64,000 nucleotides of DNA from Paraspadella gotoi (lineage: Eukaryota; Animalia; Chaetognatha): assembly GCA_051294375.1 (NCBI GenBank), contig CM119265.1, forward strand, positions 11,533,818 to 11,597,817, given 5' to 3'. The position numbers and the translations under genes are program-made. This document shows, in pieces, positions 48,001 through 59,300 of the stretch. The first letter of the stretch is position 1, and each line of letters starts with the position of its first letter. Below the pieces are notes generated by a model that saw nothing but the letters and a program-made list of their open reading frames with translations, was not told where the DNA came from and did no database searches.

Positions 48001-51000
48001 GTCTCTGTCGTTGTCGCGTCCGCGTTCTTGTCCCTTTGATCCTCTTCGCCCGATTTCAAGATCCGTAAAGCGACGAGTACCTTAGAAACGGCGGCTTTGA
48101 CCGCTGAAGTTTGAGGATCGAGTCGAGGGGATGAGACTTGAGTGCAGGGGCGGGACGGTGAAGATTCTCGAACCCCATTGATAGACGAAAGTTCGCGTAG
48201 AGGATTCGATCCGGACGGTTCCAACCTTCCTTCTTCGTTAGTCGTCTGATCGTCACCGTTCGCCTCGGCGACGCCGTCCGTCGAAGCTTTCAGGGACTCG
48301 TAAGAGTCTTCGGTTCTGTCATTGCGCGACGCCGTGTCAATCTCGGTTTCTTTCTCAGGGGAGGCGTGGCCGTTTGGCAAAGCGGCGTCAATATCTGAAG
48401 CAAAAGGCGGAGTCATCGGAGCATCAGGGTCCGTTCCATTCGGCACAGCTCCGGATCGATAACTTCTAGTGAAACTCGGTCCTGCGGAGTAGAGCATAGA
48501 CGAAGTTTTCGTTTTCATGGGCACGAAGGTTTCCATGATGCTCGCGTTGATGGAATCGAGAACCTTCGATAAGGAATTGGAGCGCATCGGTCGAGACGTC
48601 GAGGCGACGGGCGAAGACGGAAGAGTCTCTGCGTCGATCTCGCGAGAGACTTCGACGAGCCCGTCGCCGTCAGAGCGAACGAGTCGCATCGACTGAAGGA
48701 AAGGAAAACCAAAAGGCATGAAAGAACGGTCAGGGATTAATCAGCCGATTCAGTCGTCATTCATCCCCGTTGACTCTGGCCAAACCTGATGAATGACTTT
48801 GATTTCCTCGTCGCCGTCGACGGGCAGGGTAGAGCCACCGTTGACAAAAAGGCCGTTCACGACGGGACCATAGTGTTCATCTAAAGATTTCTATGGAAGA
48901 ACGAGAGAAACAAAGCATTATATGTGATACTATGAATACCGTGACGGTTAAAATGGAATCATATTACATATTTTTAGAGAAAAAAATCTTAAAAGAATAT
49001 GATCGAGCCTCCTTTCAATGATAACCAAATATTGATGCGATGTTAACCAAAGGATTTATGCGATGATAACCAAATGATTGATGCGATGATAACCAAATAT
49101 TGATGCGATGATACCAAATTATGATGTGATGATAACCAATGATTGATTGCGATGACAGTCATTCATTGATGTGATGATAATTCATTCATTGATACGATGA
49201 TTAATCATTCATTGATGCGATGATAATCATTCATTGATGCGATGATAATCATTCATTGATGCGATGATAATCATTCATTGATGCGATGATAACATTCATT
49301 GATGCGATGATAATCATTCATTGATGCGATGATAATCATTCATTGATGCGATGATAATCATTCATTGATGCGATGATAATCATTCATTGATGCGATGATA
49401 ATCATTCATTGATGCGATGATAATCATTCATTGATGGATGATATCATTCATTGATGCGATGATAATCATTCATTGATGCGATGATAATCTTTCATTGATG
49501 CGATGATAATCATTCATTGATCGATGATATCTGATGCGATGATAATCATTCATTGATGCGATGATAATCATTCATTGATGCGATGATAATCATTCATTGA
49601 TGCGATGATAATCATTCATTGATGCGATCTCGATATATTCTCATTGATGCGATGATAATCATTCATTTGATGCGATGATAATCATTCATTGATCGATGAT
49701 AGTCATTCATTGATGCGATGATAGTCATTCATTGATGCGATGATAGTCATTCATTGATGCGATGATAGTCATTTATTGATGCGATGATAGTCATTCATTG
49801 ATGCGATGATAGTCATTTCATTGATGCGTATGATAGTCATTCATTGATGCGATGTGATAGTCATTCATTGATGCGATGATAGTCATAATTGATGCGATGG
49901 ATAGTCATTCATTGATGCGATGATAGTCATTCATTGACGCAAATGAATCATTCATCATAAATAAAACAAACAAATATGAGTGAAAGAGAGAGAGAAAGAG
50001 AGAGAAAGAGAGAGAGAAAGAAAAAGAGAAAGAAAAAGAATAAATTCACGAAAATCTCGGATAAAAATTTGAGATTTTGCATGGAGAAAAAAGCGCAGAA
50101 TAAATGGCGATAATAAAAGTTTTTAAAAGGAAAAAAAAATTTTCAAAAAACGATCACGCAAGAGATCGTACAGAGAGAGGGAGAGAGACAGAGAGAGAGA
50201 GAAACAGACAGAAAGAGAAAGAAAGAGACAGACAGAGACAGAGAGAGAAAGAGAGAAAGCTGGACAGCCGCTGGAAGGCAGCTGTACAGTCACTGCAGAG
50301 TCTGAACTCGTTTTTAAAGGGTTCAGAAGCGGCAGCAACTGACAAAAATAGACAAAATATATATATATGTAATTTAAAGAAATAAAAGAAAAGAAAAAAA
50401 TGTTACAATTGGAAATTGTTACAATTTTTTCCAATCATAGCTTGTAAAAGATTTTATTTTTATTTGTATTAAAATTAAGATATAGCTTCTCATTAAAAAG
50501 TTATTTTGATTTCACATGTTTTTTATTGATACAAAGATTTTTTTATGAATTTAATTTTCAATATTATTTACTGCAATATGTAAATTAGATTAAAGCATTT
50601 CTATATAATAATTTGGATATTATATTGAGTTCTATAATCTCATTTGCATATTGCAGTAAATCATAATGAAGTGGAAATTGAAACAAAAAATACTTGAATC
50701 CAAATGTAATATGAAAATTTCAAAGCTATTTCAAGATGAGAAGCCATATCTATTTAACTTACTATGATCACACACTTTTATAAAACTTTATCGTAATTCA
50801 TAATAATTTTTATTTAAAAAAAAAGGTAAGTCCCAGCCAAAATTATAAAAGCGTAGTAGTTTTTATACAAAAAAGCGTGACGCCGACGACGACGTCACAA
50901 AGAAGCTGACCCGAATCAATATCGAGCCTGAACCGGCTTCGCCGGGAGGCTCGATAAAAAGAGGGTTCCCCATGTTTACCCTGACTTTCTTAGCGGAAAC

Positions 51001-51247
51001 CTCGGAGGCGTCAGAATCTTCGTCGTCGTCGCTGCTGGCGATGTGGTCGATATTCATTGAAACCAACGAAGCCGTATCAATTTCCTAAGCATATTTGTTA
51101 AACATACACTACCATCATAACATAACGATCAAATCGTTGCACCTTATGTTTTTCGCAGCACCAGACGCGATAAAAATCCAGAAGTTTGCCTCTGGAGTTT
51201 TTCTTTCTAATCTTTTGATGTAATGGGGCGCAGGGAAAGTGGAAAGC
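42021..51247 (-). CDS. Extended PHD (zf-HC5HC2H, PHF6/PHF11-like) finger-containing protein, 5' end missing; long low-complexity middle and an unrecognised C-terminal region
   Basis: Phase-0 GT-AG exons at 51247-51143 (AFHFPCA...YRVWCCEKH, resembling the second half of an ePHD), 51084-50980, 48890-48786, 48692-47259 and 42425-42021 (stop). A possible extra exon at 47172-46981 is uncertain. Upstream exons are not visible in clean sequence. Confidence 0.7.
42964..43917 (-). mobile_element. Copy of the TAGG...CCTA transposon family, containing a SINE insertion
   Basis: Same termini and body as 17766-20731 without the nested element. The TSD is not clearly preserved. Confidence 0.75.
43597..43826 (-). 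mobile_element. tRNA-derived SINE (probably tRNA-Gly-like head)
   Basis: Insertion absent from other copies of the host element and flanked by TAATATT on both sides. The minus-strand 72-nt head (43796-43725) has acceptor-stem-like GCGGCCA/TGGTCGT, an A-box-like TGGTGCCGGAGG, a B-box-like GGTTCTAACCC and CTCCCAA at the anticodon-loop position. Confidence 0.7.
48981..50960 (+). mobile_element. HINE-like element filling an intron of the ePHD gene and containing the 22-bp minisatellite
   Basis: 5' AAAATCTTAAAAGAATATG-ATCGAGCCTCC (49002-49012). 3' ATCGAGCCT..hairpin..GGAGGCTCGAT-AAAAA (50921-50960). Confidence 0.65.
49020..49940. repeat. 22-bp minisatellite (GATAATCATTCATTGATGCGAT), ~40 units
   Basis: Directly visible tandem array with three positional unit variants. 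Confidence 0.95.
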
Positions 51248-51738
51248 CTGAGTCAAAATATATTCATACTAATTCCTAATCGCAAAAAAAATTGTATAAT
51301 AGGGTAGTGCGGGGTAATTCGGAACACCTTTGGAAGTATTCAAATTTTTCACATAGTAAGTTTATTTAAAAAAAAAATTGTGGTAATATAACTAGGAAAG
51401 TGTCCCCGCTACAGATTGATGTAGGGGTCGCATTTTTTTTTAAATTTAAAAGTTTTCCGTTTTACTCCACCCTGAAGTAAAACGGAACACTTAATATATT
51501 ATGTATAATTTTTTATAATACCTCAAAAACAACGAAAAGAGAGTATATACATAATAAAATAAATATTAAAAAAATAATAACTAAAGCACTATTATTTGGA
51601 GCATAGTGCCTCTCATTGATGTTTTATGTAAACAAATTTTAAATCTAACATTCTTAAGTGGGTAAAATAATTTTTAATACCATGTTCTCAATTTTGAAAA
51701 ATTATTGAATGACAATATATATCAAAGGTATATATATT

Positions 51739-52478
51739 TAGGACTAAGCTCTGACGAACAAAGTCCGAGGTTGTTTTAATATATTCTTATACCGGCCAAG
51801 GTAGAATGATGGCAATATTGTTAATATTAAGTTTCAAAAAAATCCGACCATAAATATAGAAAATATTAACCAAAATCTTCGGAAAATCCACCCATTCTTT
51901 GGAAGATTTTCGCCATAGAAGATTTTTCCCGAATCTGACTCCCGGTTGAAAACTCTTAGAATTCCGATCGTTAGCTCCTCTTTTACTTTTACTTTAAATA
52001 AAAATTTCACCAAAATGGACTAATTCACTTTCCCATGATCGTATCATATCACAATAATCAAATAAAATGTAAAGACAATTTTTGAGAGCCTTTCAGACAC
52101 TTTGCCAAAGGATTCCAAAATTGGACTTCATTTGTTGAACAAAAACATACCTCAGTCACATTAATATCGTTTTCAAGGAAAAAAACCTTTTCACTTTCAT
52201 ATATAAAATCATTGAGCATCGGAAAATTTTTTCCGTCCAACAAGCATCAGTCTAATTGTTCTGGCTTGTTTGATATCAAGATGTTGATGATTTGACAAGA
52301 GAAAAAAATGCGAGCCCTTCAGAGCACACGAATCGGAAATCAAAGTTGTTTTACATCGAATATTTTACCAGAATTTTTACCAGGAGCGTTTATATTGTTT
52401 GGTAGTCAAGATTTTGAACGAAAATTCCACATTTAAAAGAAAGTCTTCCTTGATCTCTAAGAACGACGTAGACTCCTA
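51739..52478 (+). mobile_element. Complete ~740-bp copy of the TAGG...CCTA transposon family
   Basis: Perfect 7-bp flanking duplication ATATATT at 51732-51738 and 52479-52485. Confidence 0.8.
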
Positions 52479-53375
52479 ATATATTTTTTGATTTATAGTA
52501 TTTTTGATAAAGTTTTTTATTTCTTTTCATTCCTGAATATCGTCCCCATCTTTATTTTCAATTAATATTGGTTTTTTCCCCATTTTTAATTTTTAATTTC
52601 CAATGTTATTTTTTCTTATTCTTTTTATTTATCATTTTAAATTGTCTTTTGAAATTTAGCTTATCTTTTATTTCCTTTTATAAATTTTTATATTTATATT
52701 AATTTTATATTAATTTCATATTAATTTTGTCTCAAACTAATTTTTTATCGATATTTAGGCGTTAAATTCCATTCTCAACTTTTTATATTTTTTATTGCTA
52801 AAAATTTATTTTTTACTGTAACATTAATAATATATGTAATAAAAAAGTAGGCGACTACTTTTTTATTAGTTTACTTAGTAATTGATATTGCAGGGATAGG
52901 CTTTAGGCAAAGCAAGGATTGGCTTTGAGCAAAAGCAAGGGTTGGTCTTAAGTAAAGCTTAAGGCCAGGGATCACTCAACCTAAAATTGTAGACATCTTA
53001 ATTTACTGTATCTTAATCATTTTCTCACATCTTGTAAGAGTTTTTCTATTAAAAAATAATCGAAAACTTTTCAAAATCTACCCAAAATGTTCATAAAAAT
53101 TTAAACAAAATTTTTTTTTCGGTAAAACTAGATTTTCAAGAGAAAAATAATTTTTTAACTGTAAGCTAAATTTTTACAACCAAATTTTTAACTTAAAACT
53201 GATTCTTTACCGTAAGCTCAATTTCTACTTCTTATATTTAATTCTTCTTTTGGTAGAAGTCCATACTTGGAGTTGTATCACTAATAAGTCTAAAATAAAC
53301 TACTCTACTTATTTTCCAGACGGATTTTTATGCTTTTATGAGTTTTATGANNNNNNNNNNNNNNNNNNNNNNNNN

Positions 53376-56300
53376 GTAGTGCTTATGCAACTAGGAAATC
53401 TGACTCCGTGGCGAGCATCTCTTTTATAGTTTTGCTTATCGGCGCGAGAAGTTTATCGAGTGAGTTATTGATCTGTGTATTATCTACAGTAAGGGTCTTG
53501 ATGAAATCGTATACGGTATCTTTTCAGGTTAACGAGCTCAATATCAACTTTCATATCCTATATTCAGTTGCGAGAAGAAGTGAGACTCTGAGCAGAGACA
53601 GAAAATGGGAGATGAGTATTTCCAATGATGAGTTGGAAGCGCAGCTTGTTTTCTTGTAGTCCGCCAAGTTCAAGAGTTTTGAGAATTGTGTGTATTTAGA
53701 ATTTTTAACATTTACCGAAAGAGTATTCGGCTTGTAAACAGAGAGAGCATAAGAAGATGAGGGATGTAGTATTCTAGAGAGAGTAAGCACGGTCTTTATA
53801 GTTACGTGGCTTTTGTGAGAAAGTAACGTCAGAGAGTCCATAGGCGACGGTCGCTTTGATTTGAGAGCGAGAGGAGAGAGAAGGTTTTGCCCTCATATTG
53901 AGTCGTTAAGTTTCCATGAGTTTCCTATGTGGCGTAAGTTGTAATGACGCATGATACGAAGCAGAGGCTCCTCTCCGGTGCTGTGCACACTCTGACTCAA
54001 GAGAGTTTTATGTGCGCACATAGATAGTCGGCGAATCGGTTCTACACAGAAAAAACTTAATCCACATGAAGGAGACACGCGAGAGAACGACAAGATAAGG
54101 AGAGGCGCAATGCAATATAGGAGTCATCGAGGGGTATATTGAAGAGGGGCGGAGAGTGAATCAGCCGGAATTCAGTCGGAAAATCACATATCGTCAATAT
54201 TTTCGCGAGAGGAGCACACTCAAAGAAGTTATATGACTTGCTAGACAACACTTAGAGGCCACACAAGGGAGGCCCTAAGAGAAGGGAGAAGGAATGAAAA
54301 AGCGATAGTAGGAGAGTGAATCTGGCAAGCTACAATCCTCTCGCAAATCAAATATGTAACATGTGTTAATAAGGTAAAAAACGAGCCTATCAATGTTACA
54401 TCATGACTTCTGGTTTCCGCTCAGTGAAAGTCCGCCGTGACCTCCGAGGAAACGCTAACTTTGCCGCAGCGAAGATCTCGCCTCAGAGGTAATAAATTAG
54501 AAACGCCAAGTGACGCCTTGTCTTACCTCCCAAAGCGTAAGCTGCGGGGAGACTCGGCGGCGGCCAATCTCTACGTTCGGCGGCCATCTTTTCACACTGG
54601 CCATCGATCAACTATACGCCGAGCGAGCGACCCGATTTCCGGTACCCTTCGGTCATATCATTTGCAAGGACGAATCGAAGTGATGTGGATCAGACAAGAG
54701 CAATTAATCTGTGTTGATTAAACCTATGAAATCAGGCGCGTGACCGCCCGGGCTTGAGCAGCAACGCCTTCGGGGAAAATCTATCACAGACTGTCACATA
54801 TTCGTCGAGGTACGATCGAGAGAACAGGCGTTGGATCGACAAGACTCTCTCGTTAAAAAGACGATAGCGAGGGACTCGTGAGGATCCGGTCGCAAACGAG
54901 TCCGTGGGTAAACTACGAGACTCGAGTACGGGTAAAAGGCGATAATATCCTGAGGTGCGGAATGCTCTAACCGCGTACATCCATCGATGTAAAGTGTCTA
55001 TTCGCCGGGACTGTGAATAAACCAAACCAGAGTCCTCTGGAAGGTACGGCGGGGAAGCTCGGAGTATATTTCCCATCGAGACGAAGGTCACGTTTCGCAA
55101 TATGCGATGATAACCAAATTATTGAATGTGATGAATAACCAAATGATTGATGCGGCGATGGCGTGAGAGACCACGTTAGACAGCGTAAATTCGATATTTC
55201 CGGGCTGCAGTGTAGATGGTATGAAGAAAAATGAAAATATCATGAGAGTGGGATGAGAGCGATGACACAGAGAAATGCGAAAAACTGGCGCGCGCGAGTT
55301 AATGGAGGGAGAGAAGATGTGAGGCGAGCAGCAAGGATGAACTTATATCGAAACAGTAAGCGCGAAAACTCTTCTGACGCGGCGATTGGTAGAGACCTTG
55401 AAATTGCGCATGGGATGATATTTATATTGTGTCCGACGTCACAATACTCGGTGATGCGAAATGATCCAGGAGTCATGCTCACGTCATTGATGCGATGAAA
55501 TAAAATTTGGCAGCTAGTCTGAACTCCACCAGGGGTCTGTTGTCGTGTCAGTGCACTCCTTCGCAGAAGAGTAAAATCGCTAATGATTGGCACTAAGATG
55601 CATTGATGCAGCGAGATGTAGTAGGAACGGAAAACGACGGGGAGAAGGAGATGGCCGACCAATTTAATTCCATGATGGATTTGATTAATTTTTTCTCACT
55701 TCATTGATGGCTGAAGACTGAATACATCAATCCTGGCTACTTCTCGTCGATTGGTCCGATGATAATCAATGCCAGATCCTCTGATGCGATGGAATCTTTA
55801 GAGTTCACCTTGTAAATCTTCTGGTGCGATGCAATAGAATTCTATTCACAAGTATTCCGTATAATGCGCAGACGAAGTAGCAATTAGAAACATGGCGGCT
55901 ATTTGACCGCTGAGTTTTCCAGGATTCGAGTAATCGAGGGGGCGATTGAAGACTTGAAAAGTGCAGGGTGTCCGAGAGTGACGTCGTAGAAGTATTTGCT
56001 CAGAACTCGCGATGACCTAAATTATGACTAAGATCCGAAAGTTCGAGCACTTGGAATAGCAGGATGAATAGGAGATATTCGATCATTCATTCCGGACGGT
56101 GATTTTGCGCAGTGACAACGCTTATACCTATCTTCTGTCATATGTCGCACTTTGTATTCGATTGCGACTGATACACAGTCTTACGCATACTTCGGACGTA
56201 CTGATGGCGCCGAGTGTCCAAGTTACGAAAAGCTCATTTCATTCAGTGTGACTATGCGATGCACGTAATGAGAATCTTCGTGTTCATCTGTCGATCATTG

Positions 56301-59300
56301 AGATGTCGCGGGCGGCCGACGGGCCGTGTCAATCTGCGGTTTCTTTTCTCAGGGGAGGACGTGGCCGGTATTATAGCAATCAGCGGAGTCTCGATCAATG
56401 ATCTTGGAGAGAAGCAATAAGGCGGAGAATCATTCGAGATGACTATCCAAGGGTCTCCGTTCTCACTCATGATTCGGCGATGATTCAAGTCACATGCTCC
56501 GGATCGAGATGGAATCGCGTATTCTCGTAAGTGAAAAGCTTCCACTGGTCCTCGCTGCGGGAGTAGAGCATTACGAACTCTGAAGTTTTTTTGAGCTTTT
56601 GTACTATATGGGCAATCGTCACAATAGGTGTATTCGCGATGGAGATTAGCGCTTCGACGTTGAACTAGTGAAATCGTAGAGAACGCCTGTACTGAGTATA
56701 TAAAAAGAATTTGGCGATGCGTCATCATCGTGGATCGAGGACGATGATCGAGTGACGGACTGCGCGCAGTAAGCGGAAAGAGTCCTCTGTCGCTCATGCT
56801 CTTCGATGCGATGACATTGAGGCGTAGACGCACATTCGAATCAGAGCCACTGTCAGTGCCCGAGTCAGAGTAAGACTGACCATGTCGCATCGAGTAGATG
56901 TAGCAAAAAGTGGATAGATCACAACATAATGCATGAAACGAAGCGGATCAGTGAATCATTCCGTGATTAATCAGACTCTACATATTCAGTATATACGTAA
57001 CATCTCACAATACCAACACCCTGAGTGTTATGACTCGATCATAGGCCAGACACGTATGGATGAAAGATAGACCTATGTGAATATGAGTCACGAATATCGG
57101 AAGTACGAGAGGAGAGCCGAGTCGAACGAAGAGCGCAGGAAGTAGAAAAGAGGCAAGTAAATTCCACGCGTTGACAAACAGGCCCGAGAGATATTTCTAC
57201 CTGACCGGGGGACCAAAAAATGTTGAGATTTTTTGAGCCATGGAGAAAAAACTAAGCAAATGAGAATATTTGGCGATATCATAATGAAAAGAAACTTTGA
57301 AAACAAGGACATATAATAATGTGATATCTATGAATACAAAAAAACGATCAGTGACGGCTTATAAAATGGGAATGCATATACGTATCTAAGCAGTGAAGAT
57401 TGGATATAGAAGAAGACAAAACTCGTATATAGAGAGAAGAAGAGAAGTAACAGTGAATACGCAGGCCTACTTATCAGAATGGAGAAACAAGCAGAAAATA
57501 AAGTTAGACTAGACAGAGAGCAGAGAAGAAGAAAGAGAGAGAGCGAGCGCGTGATCGTTAACCAAAGGATTTATGCGAGATAACCAAATAATCGAGAGGC
57601 CCTGGAAGGCAGCTGGTACAGTCACTGCACGAGGAAGTCGCACTTGAAACTACGCTCAATTTATATTTGTATTTAGCAGAAAGAGGTTCAAGAGCGGCAG
57701 CAACCTGAGAAACATATATATAAAATTATATGCAAAATATATGAGTGTAATGAATATATCATCAATATATGATTAATATGATGACACGATGACTAAGTAA
57801 CATAAGTACAATATGAGAGTAGATAGATTAGATAATACATATGTTCATTGATTACAGAATGGATAAGGTCATAAAATTGTTCATTTTATTGTACGCTAAA
57901 AATCGATAATTGATATAAATTACGCAATATTTTATTTCTCTATTGAGATGTAGTCTCGAAATTTGAATAATCATTGCATATATGAGACTTGCGCATTGTA
58001 TATAAAAAGATCATTATTCTCATTTGAATTTACGACGGTATGTATATCTATTTATTGATACATCATTAGAAGATTTTGTCTGTATGATAAATTGAACTAT
58101 AATTTATCTAGTATATTATTGAGTAATGATCCAATCATTCATTGAAGATCAGCGAAATGATATATGCTATAATTAGATTAATCACGCTGATTGCTCTGTT
58201 ACTTAGATTAAATTAATATTACATATTGATTGACTCGAGAATGTATTAATCATGTCATGTTGAACTTGCACTGAATGTCACTATATTGCACTATATTGCA
58301 TCGAGTTGAGAGATATCAATGAACTGAAATGTGTATGAAATATGTAACACAAAAAATCATTGCATGCGCGAATGATTAACCTCATAATGCTAATATGATT
58401 GAAAAAAGCTGTTCAAAAGATGATAATCATTCATCTTTGAATTTTTCAAAGATGCGAGATAGGATAATGCATCATTCATCTATTTAAATAAGCTGTATCA
58501 TATAATCATCATCCACCAACTTTGATTGGCGATGTATATTATCATTAAAACTTTCATTTGAAAGCTGTCATGAATAATCATTCATTGATGCGATGATTAA
58601 TCATTCCATTGATGCGATGACGGGTAATCTATTCTATACAATTGAGATTTTTATTTTTAAAAAAAGGGTGGCGAAAGTGTCATCAATCCCATAAATTATT
58701 AAAAGCAGTTTAGTAGATTTGTTTATACAAAAAGCGGCATGATTCTGAGTACATCTCCAGCTCCGGTAGCAGGAGACTGATACGTATCGCTAGCATCAAC
58801 AGGAACTGATCCGACTCGAATTGCAAATATGGCGGGAGTGATAGGCTCATGCTGTCATTGAATAGCGCACCTGCATAGGCGAGGCTTCGCCGTCGATGTT
58901 AGAGCTCTCGATGCAGAGATGAATAAGTCACAATGAGGGTTCCTCATACCTGATCACTCGGTATTGTAACCAATATTCATTGATGACTGTCGATCTGTTA
59001 TAAGCGCTGAGTAGTCAATATAGCATGCTCATGCGGAGATAGTCGAAGGTAATTTGAACTCGGCGAAGAGATGATAACTAGTCTACTCGTCGTTCAGAGT
59101 TGATCGCTGGCTGCGATGATAGTCGCGAGCATGTCGTTCGCGCATTGACGGGGCACATGAAATGATGACATCATATAATATAATAAATACAATATCAAAT
59201 GATGAGTAGAAAGAAGGAGCGAGAAAGCAGAGACGAAAGAGAAGAGAGAAAGAGCACAAGAGAGTTAGAGATCATGATAATAGCACTAATAAATTCAACT

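Noticed and set aside
49020-49940. Possible CRISPR array
   Set aside because: Contiguous tandem units without unique spacers, in a eukaryotic intron, with no cas genes.
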